Shown here piece by piece: positions 39,439 to 48,761 of a stretch of 64,000 nt of DNA. The translations under genes were made by a program, and so were the position numbers. This stretch comes from an uncultured Thermococci archaeon (GTDB lineage Archaea > Methanobacteriota_B > Thermococci > Methanofastidiosales > B48-G16). The notes beneath the pieces are model-generated. The model did not search any database and was not told the origin of the DNA. It saw only the letters and a list, made by a program, of their open reading frames with translations. The stretch is from positions 1 through 64,000 of the forward strand of contig CAZQQT010000010.1 of assembly GCA_964595645.1 (NCBI GenBank). Reading direction: 5' to 3'. The stretch's first letter is position 1; each line of letters starts with the position of its first letter.

Positions 39439-40587
39439 ATGGTGGCGATACAGTACGGAACAGAAGAGGTAGATATAGGGCTTGACAATGCCGACATCAT
39501 ACTCCCTCAAAAAGCCGATCCTAATAACCATGCGATCGAAAAATGCGTTCGGGCACTGGAAGCATTTGCAGATGAGACAGTAACTTACATTGTAAATGAT
39601 GACAACAGACCTACAAGAACGGAAAAAATCTTGGAACGAGTAGAGATACGGCCAAAAGACAGGATCATCATAGCCACAGGCTCCCATTCTAGACCAAGCG
39701 ACAGGTGGATAGAAAAGAGGATCGGGAAACGGGAGAACATCATTATCCACGATGCTGAAGACGCACAGTTCACCTATTTTGGTACCACATCCTTTGACAA
39801 CGAGATCTATCTAAACAGCGATATAGAAAATACGAAAAAATTGGTGGTGATCACTTCTGTGGAACCACATTATTTTGCAGGGTTTACCGGAGGGAGAAAG
39901 AGCTTTCTTCCAGGAATCGCAAGATACGAGACAATAGAGAGGAACCACCACCATGCTCTGAATGAGAATGCTCGAACGCTCAATCTTAAAGGGAACCCTG
40001 TCCATGAGGAAATGATGGAGGTCTGTCATTTTGTGCAGGAAAAGAAGGACATCTTCTGTGTCAACATGATACAGGATGCCGAAGGAAACCTTGCAGATAT
40101 CAAGTACGGCGATATTGAAGACTCATTTTACGATGCGTGTGAAGTTTCCAGAAACCTCCACTCCACGACTATCAAAAAACAGTACGATGCGGTGGTGACT
40201 GTTGCCGCCCCTCCACTGGATATGAGCCTATACCAGTCACAGAAGGCGATGGAACACGCGAAACCTGCAGTAAAGGACGGAGGGACGTTAGTGCTCATTT
40301 CTGCATGTAGAGAGGGTATTGGACCTTCAAACTTTTACGATCTTCTTAAGAGTGGACCACCGGATGAGGTCATGGGGAAAATAAGGACGAATTATAAACT
40401 CGGATGGCATAAAACAACGAAGATGCTGGAAGCGCTTCAACACTACGATGTGTATGCTGTAACGGATCTCCCGAATAAGCTACTTGACGTTGTGAATATC
40501 ACGCCATGGTGTTTTTCAGATCTGGATAAAATAAGAGGGAACATATTAGTCATGCCCAATGGAGGGATTACTGTTCCTTCACTCTAA
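39439..40587 (+). CDS. larA: Nickel-pincer-dependent lactate racemase family protein
   Basis: D.NRP, ATGSH, EPHYFAGFTGGRKS, NH, GNPVHEEM, YQSQK. Confidence 0.85.
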   Translation: MVAIQYGTEEVDIGLDNADIILPQKADPNNHAIEKCVRALEAFADETVTYIVNDDNRPTRTEKILERVEIRPKDRIIIATGSHSRPSDRWIEKRIGKRENIIIHDAEDAQFTYFGTTSFDNEIYLNSDIENTKKLVVITSVEPHYFAGFTGGRKSFLPGIARYETIERNHHHALNENARTLNLKGNPVHEEMMEVCHFVQEKKDIFCVNMIQDAEGNLADIKYGDIEDSFYDACEVSRNLHSTTIKKQYDAVVTVAAPPLDMSLYQSQKAMEHAKPAVKDGGTLVLISACREGIGPSNFYDLLKSGPPDEVMGKIRTNYKLGWHKTTKMLEALQHYDVYAVTDLPNKLLDVVNITPWCFSDLDKIRGNILVMPNGGITVPSL

Positions 40588-40654
40588 TACGATGTGTCTG
40601 CCGAAAGAAATATTTATTAAATAGAAACAAAAAATAATAATGGGACGAGGAAAA

Positions 40655-40999
40655 ATGAAAACTTTTATTGCAACAGTAGGGAGAGGAAAAGGAACATGGG
40701 GTTATGTAGGCCGTCTAATGCAGGAAGAGTGGGATAAGATAATATTGATAGGCAATGAGTGGACCAAAGAGAGATTTTCTCACGAAAAGGATGCACAATG
40801 GATAGAAATCAACTCACAGGATTCTATCGGATCGATGGTAGAAACCATAGAAAAAAATTTGGACGATGTGGAGAATGTCCATCTCAATTTTGTTTCTGGA
40901 AGCGGAAACGAGCATATGGCTCTTTTGATAGCTTTAACGCATAAAGAGATAGATTATTCTTTCTGCTACCTTACAAAAGAGGGAGTGAAGATGGAGTAA
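40655..40999 (+). CDS. Hypothetical protein, stand-alone CARF-like Rossmann domain
   Basis: FIATVG, DKIILIG and VHLNFVSGSGNEHMALL patterns; GAGG RBS before ATG 40655. Confidence 0.6.
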   Translation: MKTFIATVGRGKGTWGYVGRLMQEEWDKIILIGNEWTKERFSHEKDAQWIEINSQDSIGSMVETIEKNLDDVENVHLNFVSGSGNEHMALLIALTHKEIDYSFCYLTKEGVKME

Positions 41000-41003
41000 C
41001 GTC

Positions 41004-41705
41004 TCATTTTTCTTCTTCATTTTGTTTTTCTATACCATCCATATCCACATTACACACGTAATACTCACCAAAAAAGAATCCTGGTTCTCTCTTTACTTTT
41101 ATATTGTCGTAGTTTTTATGGTACAGAAGGAGATTGTACTTTTTTGCAGATTCATTACGTTCTTTGAGTTTTTTTCCCATTAAATTGATGAGTTCCTGGA
41201 CGAACTCTCCTACCCTTTCCTGATTTTTCTTGTACATATCATAGTATTTCTTATATACTTGTATAGTCTTATCTCGTACGTACCACCTTATAAAGACAAC
41301 TATCCACGCGATGATAATAATTACGTACAGGATTATCTTCATCTCCTCCTGTGTGAGCCAGAATCGGAAGGATATAACCATTATTAACCCAACAAAGAAT
41401 ATAATGAGAAATGCTTGTCTTATGACGAACTGCGTGAAAAATAATATTTTTGCATAAAGTTCCATTTTTGGCTCTTTTTCTATTGCAATGCCCTTTATAT
41501 ACTCAAGGTCATCGTAGATTCTGCTTAACGAAGGTATATCAAAATTTCTGTGGACATTCCTCGCTTTTTCCCTCAACATCCCTCTTTTGACTCTTTTCCC
41601 AGCCCGAAAGTTGTCCAGTACACTTATGAGCCATGCGAAGTCTTCAAACTCCTTTTTCTTTCTCAGTATTACTCTTTTGATCTTCGCGAGCGCATGTCTG
41701 AACAT
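41004..41705 (-). CDS. Hypothetical 2-TM membrane protein
   Basis: Two central hydrophobic helices with basic soluble flanks; divergent from the APC permease. Confidence 0.8.
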   Translation of the reverse strand: MFRHALAKIKRVILRKKKEFEDFAWLISVLDNFRAGKRVKRGMLREKARNVHRNFDIPSLSRIYDDLEYIKGIAIEKEPKMELYAKILFFTQFVIRQAFLIIFFVGLIMVISFRFWLTQEEMKIILYVIIIIAWIVVFIRWYVRDKTIQVYKKYYDMYKKNQERVGEFVQELINLMGKKLKERNESAKKYNLLLYHKNYDNIKVKREPGFFFGEYYVCNVDMDGIEKQNEEEK

Positions 41706-41771
41706 GGAGTAATTATAGTTCAGGTCTTTTTAAGCTTTTTGTTGAATGTCGATATCAATCATATATAAAAC

Positions 41772-41786
41772 CGAAAGTTTTATAAA
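41772..41786 (+). promoter_or_regulatory. BRE/TATA promoter of the APC permease gene
   Basis: CGAAAGT-TTTATAAA; predicted start ~41806-41809. Confidence 0.7.
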
Positions 41787-41808
41787 GTAAGAATCTGGAT
41801 TATTAGGG

Positions 41809-41839
41809 TGAAGTCTGATGACTAAAGAGGAGGGCTTCA
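41809..41839 (+). promoter_or_regulatory. Kink-turn hairpin in the 5' leader
   Basis: UGAAGUCU-GAU-GA-CU-AAAG-AG-GA-GGGCUUCA: 8-bp C-stem, 3-nt bulge, tandem G.A/A.G pairs, 2-bp NC stem. Confidence 0.6.
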
Positions 41840-41882
41840 AAAGGAGAAAAAAAGAGTTAATTTAAAAAGGAGGCGAAAAAAT

Positions 41883-43478
41883 ATGGCAGAAGAAGGACCT
41901 GTTGTCTTTACACGAAGGGCATCAGGACTTGTTCGAGAAGTCGGTGCGTTTACAGCGATAAGTATTGGTTTGACCCACACCATTGGTGGCGGAATTAACA
42001 AACTGATGGTATTGATGCGGTACGAGAATCCCGGTGCAAGTGAGTTCGGTGCTTTCGGTATAGCAGGTATTATTGTGATGTTTACTGCTATATCGTACAC
42101 GATGCTGGCTGTGTCGATGCCGAGGACCGGTGGTGACTACATCTATATTTCACGAGCCATTCATCCGGTACTTGGTTTCCTGACGAGCTGGGCATTCTAC
42201 TTCACGGAGATTTTGAGCTTAGGTGTGATCGCCTACTACGACACAGATTACTGGGCATTAGGATTCAGGATATACGGTGTGGCAGCAGACAACGAGATGT
42301 ATTTCAATTGGGCAGATACGTTAACGAACGTCGAATCGGCGCGATTAGGCTTAGCAGTTGCATTTGTACTAGTTGCAGCTGTGGTTACCTATCTCGGTAC
42401 ACGAGTGTACTCATGGATTATTAACATTGGACTGGTTCTGGGAATTGTTGGTAGTATCGTGATGGGAGTATACTTCCTCACCAACCTCGGTGGAGATACA
42501 GCAAGTCTCTGGAATCAGACCTACGGTGCTGGAACCTACGAAGCAATTAAACAAAAGGCGATAGAGTTAGGTTCAGAAACGCAATCCATGAATATAGGTG
42601 CTACGATACAGGCGAGTATCGCCGCTGTCTGGGCATATATCGGTTTCACCGCTTCCGCCTACATGGGTGGAGAGGTAAAGAATCCGAGCAGAAGCCTGGT
42701 ATGGGCGATTACCATCGGTGCAGCAATTATTATACTGTACTACCTGTTCTTGGCCCTGATGGTGTCTAACACCTTCGGTAACTTCATGGCACACTACGCG
42801 TACATGTACTTCGAGGCGAAGGATCAGCTACTGCAGATCCTGCCGAACGCACCTGCTGCGATCCTGCCGACCTACGCCTGCGCTTTAGCACCCGGCCAGA
42901 CTGCGCTCCAGTTAATAATGGCTGTTTCAGCTGCTATCTGGTTACTGAACGACATTCCGGCGTTCTTCCTGGTATGTTCACGACTGGTATTCTCCTGGTC
43001 GTTCGACAGATTCTTCCCAGAGAAACTCGCCGATGTCAACGACAGGTTCCACTCTCCACACTGGGCCATTACACTCACCACATTAGGTGGATTAGCAGGA
43101 GTATTCCTGTGTTCTGCCGGTGAGTATCAGGCCGCCATGGAGACGACGTTAGGATTCCTGTTTGCAGTAACATTAGGCTGTCTTGCAGCTGCGATAACGC
43201 CGTACGTCCGAAAGGACCTCTATGAGCGTTCCATTAAGCTGGAGATAGGTGGAGCCCCACTAATGACAATATTCGGTATCTTAGGCTTTGCCTGCAACTT
43301 CTTCCTGCTCTTTGTCAGCGGTGCTGACATCTGGGGAGGAGGAGAAAACCCATGGCAGCTGTTCTATGTTGTCGCGTGGGAGTTCCTTGGCCTAGTGATA
43401 TTCATCGGGTACTACGCGTACAACATTAGACGAGGCGTGGACGTCGACACGATTTACGCAGAGATTCCACCGGCTTAA
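41883..43478 (+). CDS. APC-superfamily amino acid/polyamine permease
   Basis: FTRRASGLVRE, MPRTGGDYIYISR, GEVKNP, SRLVFSWSFDR, C-terminal EIPP; 12-14 TM helices. Confidence 0.95.
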   Translation: MAEEGPVVFTRRASGLVREVGAFTAISIGLTHTIGGGINKLMVLMRYENPGASEFGAFGIAGIIVMFTAISYTMLAVSMPRTGGDYIYISRAIHPVLGFLTSWAFYFTEILSLGVIAYYDTDYWALGFRIYGVAADNEMYFNWADTLTNVESARLGLAVAFVLVAAVVTYLGTRVYSWIINIGLVLGIVGSIVMGVYFLTNLGGDTASLWNQTYGAGTYEAIKQKAIELGSETQSMNIGATIQASIAAVWAYIGFTASAYMGGEVKNPSRSLVWAITIGAAIIILYYLFLALMVSNTFGNFMAHYAYMYFEAKDQLLQILPNAPAAILPTYACALAPGQTALQLIMAVSAAIWLLNDIPAFFLVCSRLVFSWSFDRFFPEKLADVNDRFHSPHWAITLTTLGGLAGVFLCSAGEYQAAMETTLGFLFAVTLGCLAAAITPYVRKDLYERSIKLEIGGAPLMTIFGILGFACNFFLLFVSGADIWGGGENPWQLFYVVAWEFLGLVIFIGYYAYNIRRGVDVDTIYAEIPPA

Positions 43479-43589
43479 AAAAGAAATATTTTAAACATTT
43501 CTTTTTTCTTTTTTTTGATTTTTCAGTTTTGAAAAAGTCTTTATAGAAAGGTTTTTATACGTTCTAAAAAATAAGATAATGGTGATACG

Positions 43590-44540
43590 ATGGCAAGAAT
43601 GTTTTTTTCAGCCGATGCACACGGAAGTACCATAATATGGAGGAAATGGGTAAATGTTCCCAAGTTTCATAATGCCGATATGCTACTCCTCTGTGGAGAT
43701 CTAACCGGAAAGGCGATTGTTCCCTTGATAGAGCAGGAGAACGGAAATTATACCTCCCACTATTTCGGGAGAAAATGGACGCTGAGTTCAGAGGACGAAA
43801 TAGAGAATATGGAGATGAGATTAGCAGATTCAGGAGTGTATGCATATAAAACAACAAAAGATGAAGTAGAGAAGATGAAAAGGGATCAGAAATACGTGGA
43901 AGATCTAATCGAGAAGCTAATAAAGGAGAGAATACGTGAGTGGTTCGATTTATTAGTTGAAAAGGTCGACACGAGCAAGACACAGGTCATGGCAATGCCC
44001 GGAAACGATGACGATAAGTATATTGATCCCGTTATTAAGTCATACGAGGACGACGGTGTGATCTGGTGTCTAGACAAGGTAATTGATATTGGTGGCTTTG
44101 AGTGTATCAGTTACGAGTATGTGAATCCCACGCCGTGGGACACACCACGAGAGAAGCCAGAGAAGGAACTGAGAAAGGACATCGACGATCTCGTGGGCAG
44201 ACTGGACAATGTGGAGAAATCTGTATTTAACTTCCACGCTCCACCCTATGGAACCCGGCTGGATATGGCACCAAAACTTGACGACCAGCTGAGGGTGCAA
44301 GCTCAGGCAGGAGAGGTTGAGATGGAGCATGTAGGAAGCAAAGCTGTCCGTGACGCGATAAAAGAGTACCAGCCAATGATAGGATTACACGGCCATATAC
44401 ATGAGAGTTACGCCGCCGAGGAAATAGGAAATACACCAGTGGTCAACCCGGGATCTGAGTACGGTGAAGGTATTCTGCGAGGCTACATTCTTGAGTTTGA
44501 CGATGAAGGCGTTGATAGGTACTGGAAGGTAGAAGGATAA
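43590..44540 (+). CDS. Calcineurin-like metallophosphoesterase (Icc-related)
   Basis: DAHGS, GDLTGK, PGNDD, HAPP, HGHIHE. Confidence 0.92.
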   Translation: MARMFFSADAHGSTIIWRKWVNVPKFHNADMLLLCGDLTGKAIVPLIEQENGNYTSHYFGRKWTLSSEDEIENMEMRLADSGVYAYKTTKDEVEKMKRDQKYVEDLIEKLIKERIREWFDLLVEKVDTSKTQVMAMPGNDDDKYIDPVIKSYEDDGVIWCLDKVIDIGGFECISYEYVNPTPWDTPREKPEKELRKDIDDLVGRLDNVEKSVFNFHAPPYGTRLDMAPKLDDQLRVQAQAGEVEMEHVGSKAVRDAIKEYQPMIGLHGHIHESYAAEEIGNTPVVNPGSEYGEGILRGYILEFDDEGVDRYWKVEG

Positions 44541-44581
44541 TTACTCCTTCTATTTTTTTAAATTTTTAGAGGGGTTTTTAA

Positions 44582-45370
44582 ATGAGTATGAGCATTGAAG
44601 AGCTAAAAGAGCAGGAAAGACAATTTTTTGAGATTCGAGACAAGATTATGGAAGAAGCGGATAAACAAGGAGTAACTCTGCGATTGATTGGTGCTATCGC
44701 ATTTAGAACGCAGTGTCCAGATTATAAGTACCTAGAATATGACCTAGGGAGACAGCTAACGGATATCGATTTTGTTGGTTACGAAAAGGAGACAAGGAAG
44801 ATAGAGAAACTCTTTGATACGCTTGGATGGAAATCAGAGCGGGCTTTACATACAGTAATGAAGCGAATGGGTGCGAACAGGATGATATTCTACGGGCCTG
44901 GCGAGGTACACTCTGATGTATTCCTCGATGGGCTGCGGTTCTGCCATATCCTGAAGTTGAAAGATAGGCTTGAGATAGATGATCTCACGATCTCCCTCTC
45001 CGATCTGCTTCTCGAAAAACTCCAGATTGTGGAGATAAATGAAAAAGATATCGTCGACTGCATCATGCTTTTCAGAGAGCACAAAGTGGGAACAGACGAC
45101 GAAACGACAATAAATAAGAATTATATCGCCAATCTCTTTGCAAACGACTGGGGATGGTGGAGAACGTCCACAGAAAATCTTGAGAATATAAAGCATTTTA
45201 CAGAGAGATACGATAAACTCACAGAAGAGGACAAACAGATCGTGATTAACAGGATAGAGGAGCTAGAGAAGGCAATAGATGAGCAATCCAAACCCTTCAG
45301 TTGGAAGATGAGGAATAAGATTGGCGATAAGAAGAAATGGTATAGGGATGTCGAAGAAGTAGAAAGATAG
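44582..45370 (+). CDS. Uncharacterised Pol-beta-superfamily nucleotidyltransferase
   Basis: LRLIGAIAF (hG[GSA]), R..TDIDF (DxD), third acidic residue in SDVF, C-terminal LLLEK...KDIVD. Confidence 0.75.
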   Translation: MSMSIEELKEQERQFFEIRDKIMEEADKQGVTLRLIGAIAFRTQCPDYKYLEYDLGRQLTDIDFVGYEKETRKIEKLFDTLGWKSERALHTVMKRMGANRMIFYGPGEVHSDVFLDGLRFCHILKLKDRLEIDDLTISLSDLLLEKLQIVEINEKDIVDCIMLFREHKVGTDDETTINKNYIANLFANDWGWWRTSTENLENIKHFTERYDKLTEEDKQIVINRIEELEKAIDEQSKPFSWKMRNKIGDKKKWYRDVEEVER

Positions 45371-45385
45371 ATCTCTGCGGTTTCC

Positions 45386-46021
45386 ATGAAGACGATAGAA
45401 GCAATAAAAAAACGACGATCGATCCGGAAGTTCAAAAAGGGAGATAATCTTCCTCCCGAACCAATGAAGGTAATCCTTAATGCTGGAAGATGGGCACCAT
45501 CGGCGAGTAATAGACAGCCGTGGAAGTTTATCGTACTCTCGAAAAAAGATGATAAAGAACTCGTTGCACGACTATATGTGGATGCGTATAAAAAAGAGGC
45601 CAATGATATTGTACTGAGGGACGACGCCGACAAGTACTTTGAGAATCCGTATGAAGTGAAAAAGAGAATTCTCAACATGACCGATACTCTGTGGAATCAG
45701 ATGGTGGATCCAACCTACATCCTCATCGTGTGCGCAAACCCGGAAAAATCTAAATCGTATATCTTTGAGTCAGGATGCGCAATACAGAACATGATGCTTG
45801 CTGCGTGGGAGTTAGGAATTGGGTCATGTTGTGTGGAGATTGCAACAAGCATCCTCGCAGAGTACTTCGATAAACAGGCACTCAAAAATTACTTTGCCAT
45901 TCCGGAGCATATGGATGTTGTGGCACTTGTGCCAATGGGAACACCCGAACAGATACCACCCCCACCACCTCGTGAAATTTTGAAGGATTTCCACTTCAGA
46001 CATTTCTGGATGCCAGGCTGA
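45386..46021 (+). CDS. Nitroreductase family protein
   Basis: RRSIRKF, APSASNRQPWKF, QNMMLAAWELGIGSC. Confidence 0.92.
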   Translation: MKTIEAIKKRRSIRKFKKGDNLPPEPMKVILNAGRWAPSASNRQPWKFIVLSKKDDKELVARLYVDAYKKEANDIVLRDDADKYFENPYEVKKRILNMTDTLWNQMVDPTYILIVCANPEKSKSYIFESGCAIQNMMLAAWELGIGSCCVEIATSILAEYFDKQALKNYFAIPEHMDVVALVPMGTPEQIPPPPPREILKDFHFRHFWMPG

Positions 46022-46144
46022 TCGTGTTCGTTCACAGCAAATGAATTTTTACTTTTTGTATTTTTATTTTCTCTTACTAAAAAAAGAAAAACCTTAAAAG
46101 CATTTCTGTTGTAGGATTTGTACTATCATTATCGGTGATTTATT

Positions 46145-47608
46145 ATGGAAAGAAGCATTCTCGATAGACTCGAACCACGGATAGTATGGACAATTTTTGA
46201 AGATATCACGAAAGTTCCTCGCCCTTCCAAAAAAGAAGGAAAGATCTGTCAGTGGATGGAAAATCGGGCCGAAGAAAATGGAATTTCCTTCAACGAGGAT
46301 GATGTAGGGAATATTCTCCTCCGCAAAGAGGCGACACCAGGATATGAGGACTATCCAACGCTTGTGCTTCAAGCACATATGGATATGGTCTGTGAAAAAA
46401 CAGTCGACACAGAGATCGATTTTGAGTGCGATCCACTGAAGCTTGCTGTTGAGAACGGATACGTGACAGCACAGGGGACATCATTGGGTGCTGATAACGG
46501 AATCGGCATGGCATATGGATTAGCTGCATTAACAGCAGAGCATATTGATCATGGACCACTCGAGGTCGTATTGACCGTTGATGAGGAGACAGGACTTACA
46601 GGAGCCTTTAAAATGGAGAAAGAATTTTTTTCCGGTAAGTACTTGTTGAATCTTGATAGTGAATCACTGGGAGCTATTACTATTGGAAGTGCAGGAGGAG
46701 GAGATACACACTATAGCCTCCCTGTGACCCGTGAGAAAAAGAATGGATGGCAGGCGATTAAAATATCGATACAGGGACTCAAAGGAGGTCATTCGGGCGT
46801 TGAAATCCATCTTCCTAGATTGAATGCCATCAAGACTTTGTTGGAGGGTGTACTTTCTTTGAAAAGGAGAGGAAATGTTCGTTTACACAGTATAGAGGGA
46901 GGGTCCGTCCACAACGCAATTCCACGAGAGGCAACATTCACCGTGTTGGTCCCCGAAAACGAGAAGAGTATGGCAATGAGGACACTCAGACAGTGGAAAA
47001 TCAGTACAGTGCAGGAGGCACACCATCACGAGCCCAATATACAGATAGATATCGCTGAGTCCAACGAAACAAATATGTTGCTAGAATCTCATTCGGACGA
47101 TCTCTGTATGTTTTTGAATGAAATTCCCTACGGCGTTCTCGCATTCAGCGATGAGATAGAGGGATTGGTACAGACATCCAATAACCTTGCTATCGTCGAG
47201 ACAGGCGAAGACACGATTGAAGTTCACGTCAGCAGTAGAAGCTCCGTGGATAAGGAGCTCGAGAAACTTCGGGCCCAACTGAGACAACTCGGTGAAACGT
47301 ACGGCGCAACAGTGAAACAGGAAGAAGCGTATCCTGGATGGCATCCTGATCCCGACGCCCCCTTTGTACAAACAGTGAAGCAGATTTATGAAAATGTGAT
47401 GAAGAAGGAGGTGGCACTGAAGGCTGTTCATGGAGGATTGGAGTGCGGATTATTCTCACGGTTCGATCCTGCCTTGCAGATAGTGTCCATCGGTCCAGAG
47501 ATAAAAGATGCGCATACTCCAGAAGAACGGGTCTCTATTGAGAGTGTTGCCATACTATGGAAAGTCATTACGAGAATCATTGAGAATATGGGAATGTTAG
47601 AGCGTTAA
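46145..47608 (+). CDS. pepD: Aminoacyl-histidine dipeptidase (M20C)
   Basis: QAHMDMV, LGADNGIG, DEETG, NLDSE, GGHSG, HGGLECG, HTPEE. Confidence 0.95.
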   Translation: MERSILDRLEPRIVWTIFEDITKVPRPSKKEGKICQWMENRAEENGISFNEDDVGNILLRKEATPGYEDYPTLVLQAHMDMVCEKTVDTEIDFECDPLKLAVENGYVTAQGTSLGADNGIGMAYGLAALTAEHIDHGPLEVVLTVDEETGLTGAFKMEKEFFSGKYLLNLDSESLGAITIGSAGGGDTHYSLPVTREKKNGWQAIKISIQGLKGGHSGVEIHLPRLNAIKTLLEGVLSLKRRGNVRLHSIEGGSVHNAIPREATFTVLVPENEKSMAMRTLRQWKISTVQEAHHHEPNIQIDIAESNETNMLLESHSDDLCMFLNEIPYGVLAFSDEIEGLVQTSNNLAIVETGEDTIEVHVSSRSSVDKELEKLRAQLRQLGETYGATVKQEEAYPGWHPDPDAPFVQTVKQIYENVMKKEVALKAVHGGLECGLFSRFDPALQIVSIGPEIKDAHTPEERVSIESVAILWKVITRIIENMGMLER

Positions 47609-48645
47609 AGCAGATGTTTGTTTCCTACATGCACTCGATGTAAATACTTACTCGCTACACTGTAACACTCTTCAGTAAGTGTTCTTGTTGTTATTGGCAT
47701 ATCTCTCATTTTAAAGTTTGGATGGAACGCGAGAAGTGAATAGGGGATGTCCGGATCAAATGACGCGATATACTGCGCTATTTTTTCTACTTCCTCCTTA
47801 TCAATGTACCCAGGGATGAGGAGCGTGGTAGCGGTGAGCAGATTCTTCTTCTTAAACTCTTCGGCTACCATCTTAAAGTTCTCCAGCGTCCTCGTATTTG
47901 GGCGTCCGGTCAGCACTTTATGAAGATACGGATCATACGCTTTGAGATCAAATTTTATTACACCACCGGTACGGGAGGAGAACTCTGCCGCCCTCCTCAC
48001 AAGCTGGGGATTTCCCGTGCCGTTCCACTCCCAACAAATCCGCAAAGAGTTCGATTCGAGTATTTTTTCAGTTGTGTTGAGTAAAAATGGAAGCTGCGGC
48101 TCAGGTGTTCCTCCAAAGTAGCAAATACAGGATGCTCTCTCTGCCTTCTGAACTAACTCGTCCGCGCTTGTTGTATTGGCGCTATCTATCATCTTATGCT
48201 CATAATTTTGACAGAATACGCAGTTGAAAGAACAGGCAAAGGGAAACACCGCCAGATTGTACCCCTGTTCTTTACTCCCTGGACAGAACCACGAGGCACA
48301 GCAGTTTGTGGGCAGAGAGTCGTAATACGAGTGTAGTAGCCCCTGTTTTACCTGGAGTTTCCTCTCGTTGTTCTCTCTCAGTCCGCAGTATCCTCGTTTC
48401 CCCATTCCTATTTTGCACTCGTTGGCACACACGGTACACTGAACTCCTTCATCGTCTTTCGGCGGCAACGCTGGTAGGTTAAACTGTTCTCTTATTTTTT
48501 TGTGTACATTTGAAGCGATACTGAGAGACTTCTTAGGGTTTTTTCGAATACAGGAGAGACATATACCCAGCGCCGATGAGACCTCATTACTCTTCTTTCC
48601 GCAGAGCTGACAGGTTGCTTTTTCTGCAGTACTGAATCTCCACAT
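47605..48645 (-). CDS. Radical SAM protein (PFL-activase-like) with N-terminal Cys clusters
   Basis: CSFNCVFCQN, YFGGTPEP, DLKA; extra CxxC pairs at the N-terminus. Confidence 0.88.
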   Translation of the reverse strand: MWRFSTAEKATCQLCGKKSNEVSSALGICLSCIRKNPKKSLSIASNVHKKIREQFNLPALPPKDDEGVQCTVCANECKIGMGKRGYCGLRENNERKLQVKQGLLHSYYDSLPTNCCASWFCPGSKEQGYNLAVFPFACSFNCVFCQNYEHKMIDSANTTSADELVQKAERASCICYFGGTPEPQLPFLLNTTEKILESNSLRICWEWNGTGNPQLVRRAAEFSSRTGGVIKFDLKAYDPYLHKVLTGRPNTRTLENFKMVAEEFKKKNLLTATTLLIPGYIDKEEVEKIAQYIASFDPDIPYSLLAFHPNFKMRDMPITTRTLTEECYSVASKYLHRVHVGNKHLL

Positions 48646-48761
48646 CTATCCTATCTTTTTTCATTGAGATTGAAGTAGGTTTCCCTTTGAAAAGGGGTTG
48701 TATTAAGATATTTGGTACAGCGATATGCCTCAGTGAATGTTAAGAGGAAAAATTTTTTGCT

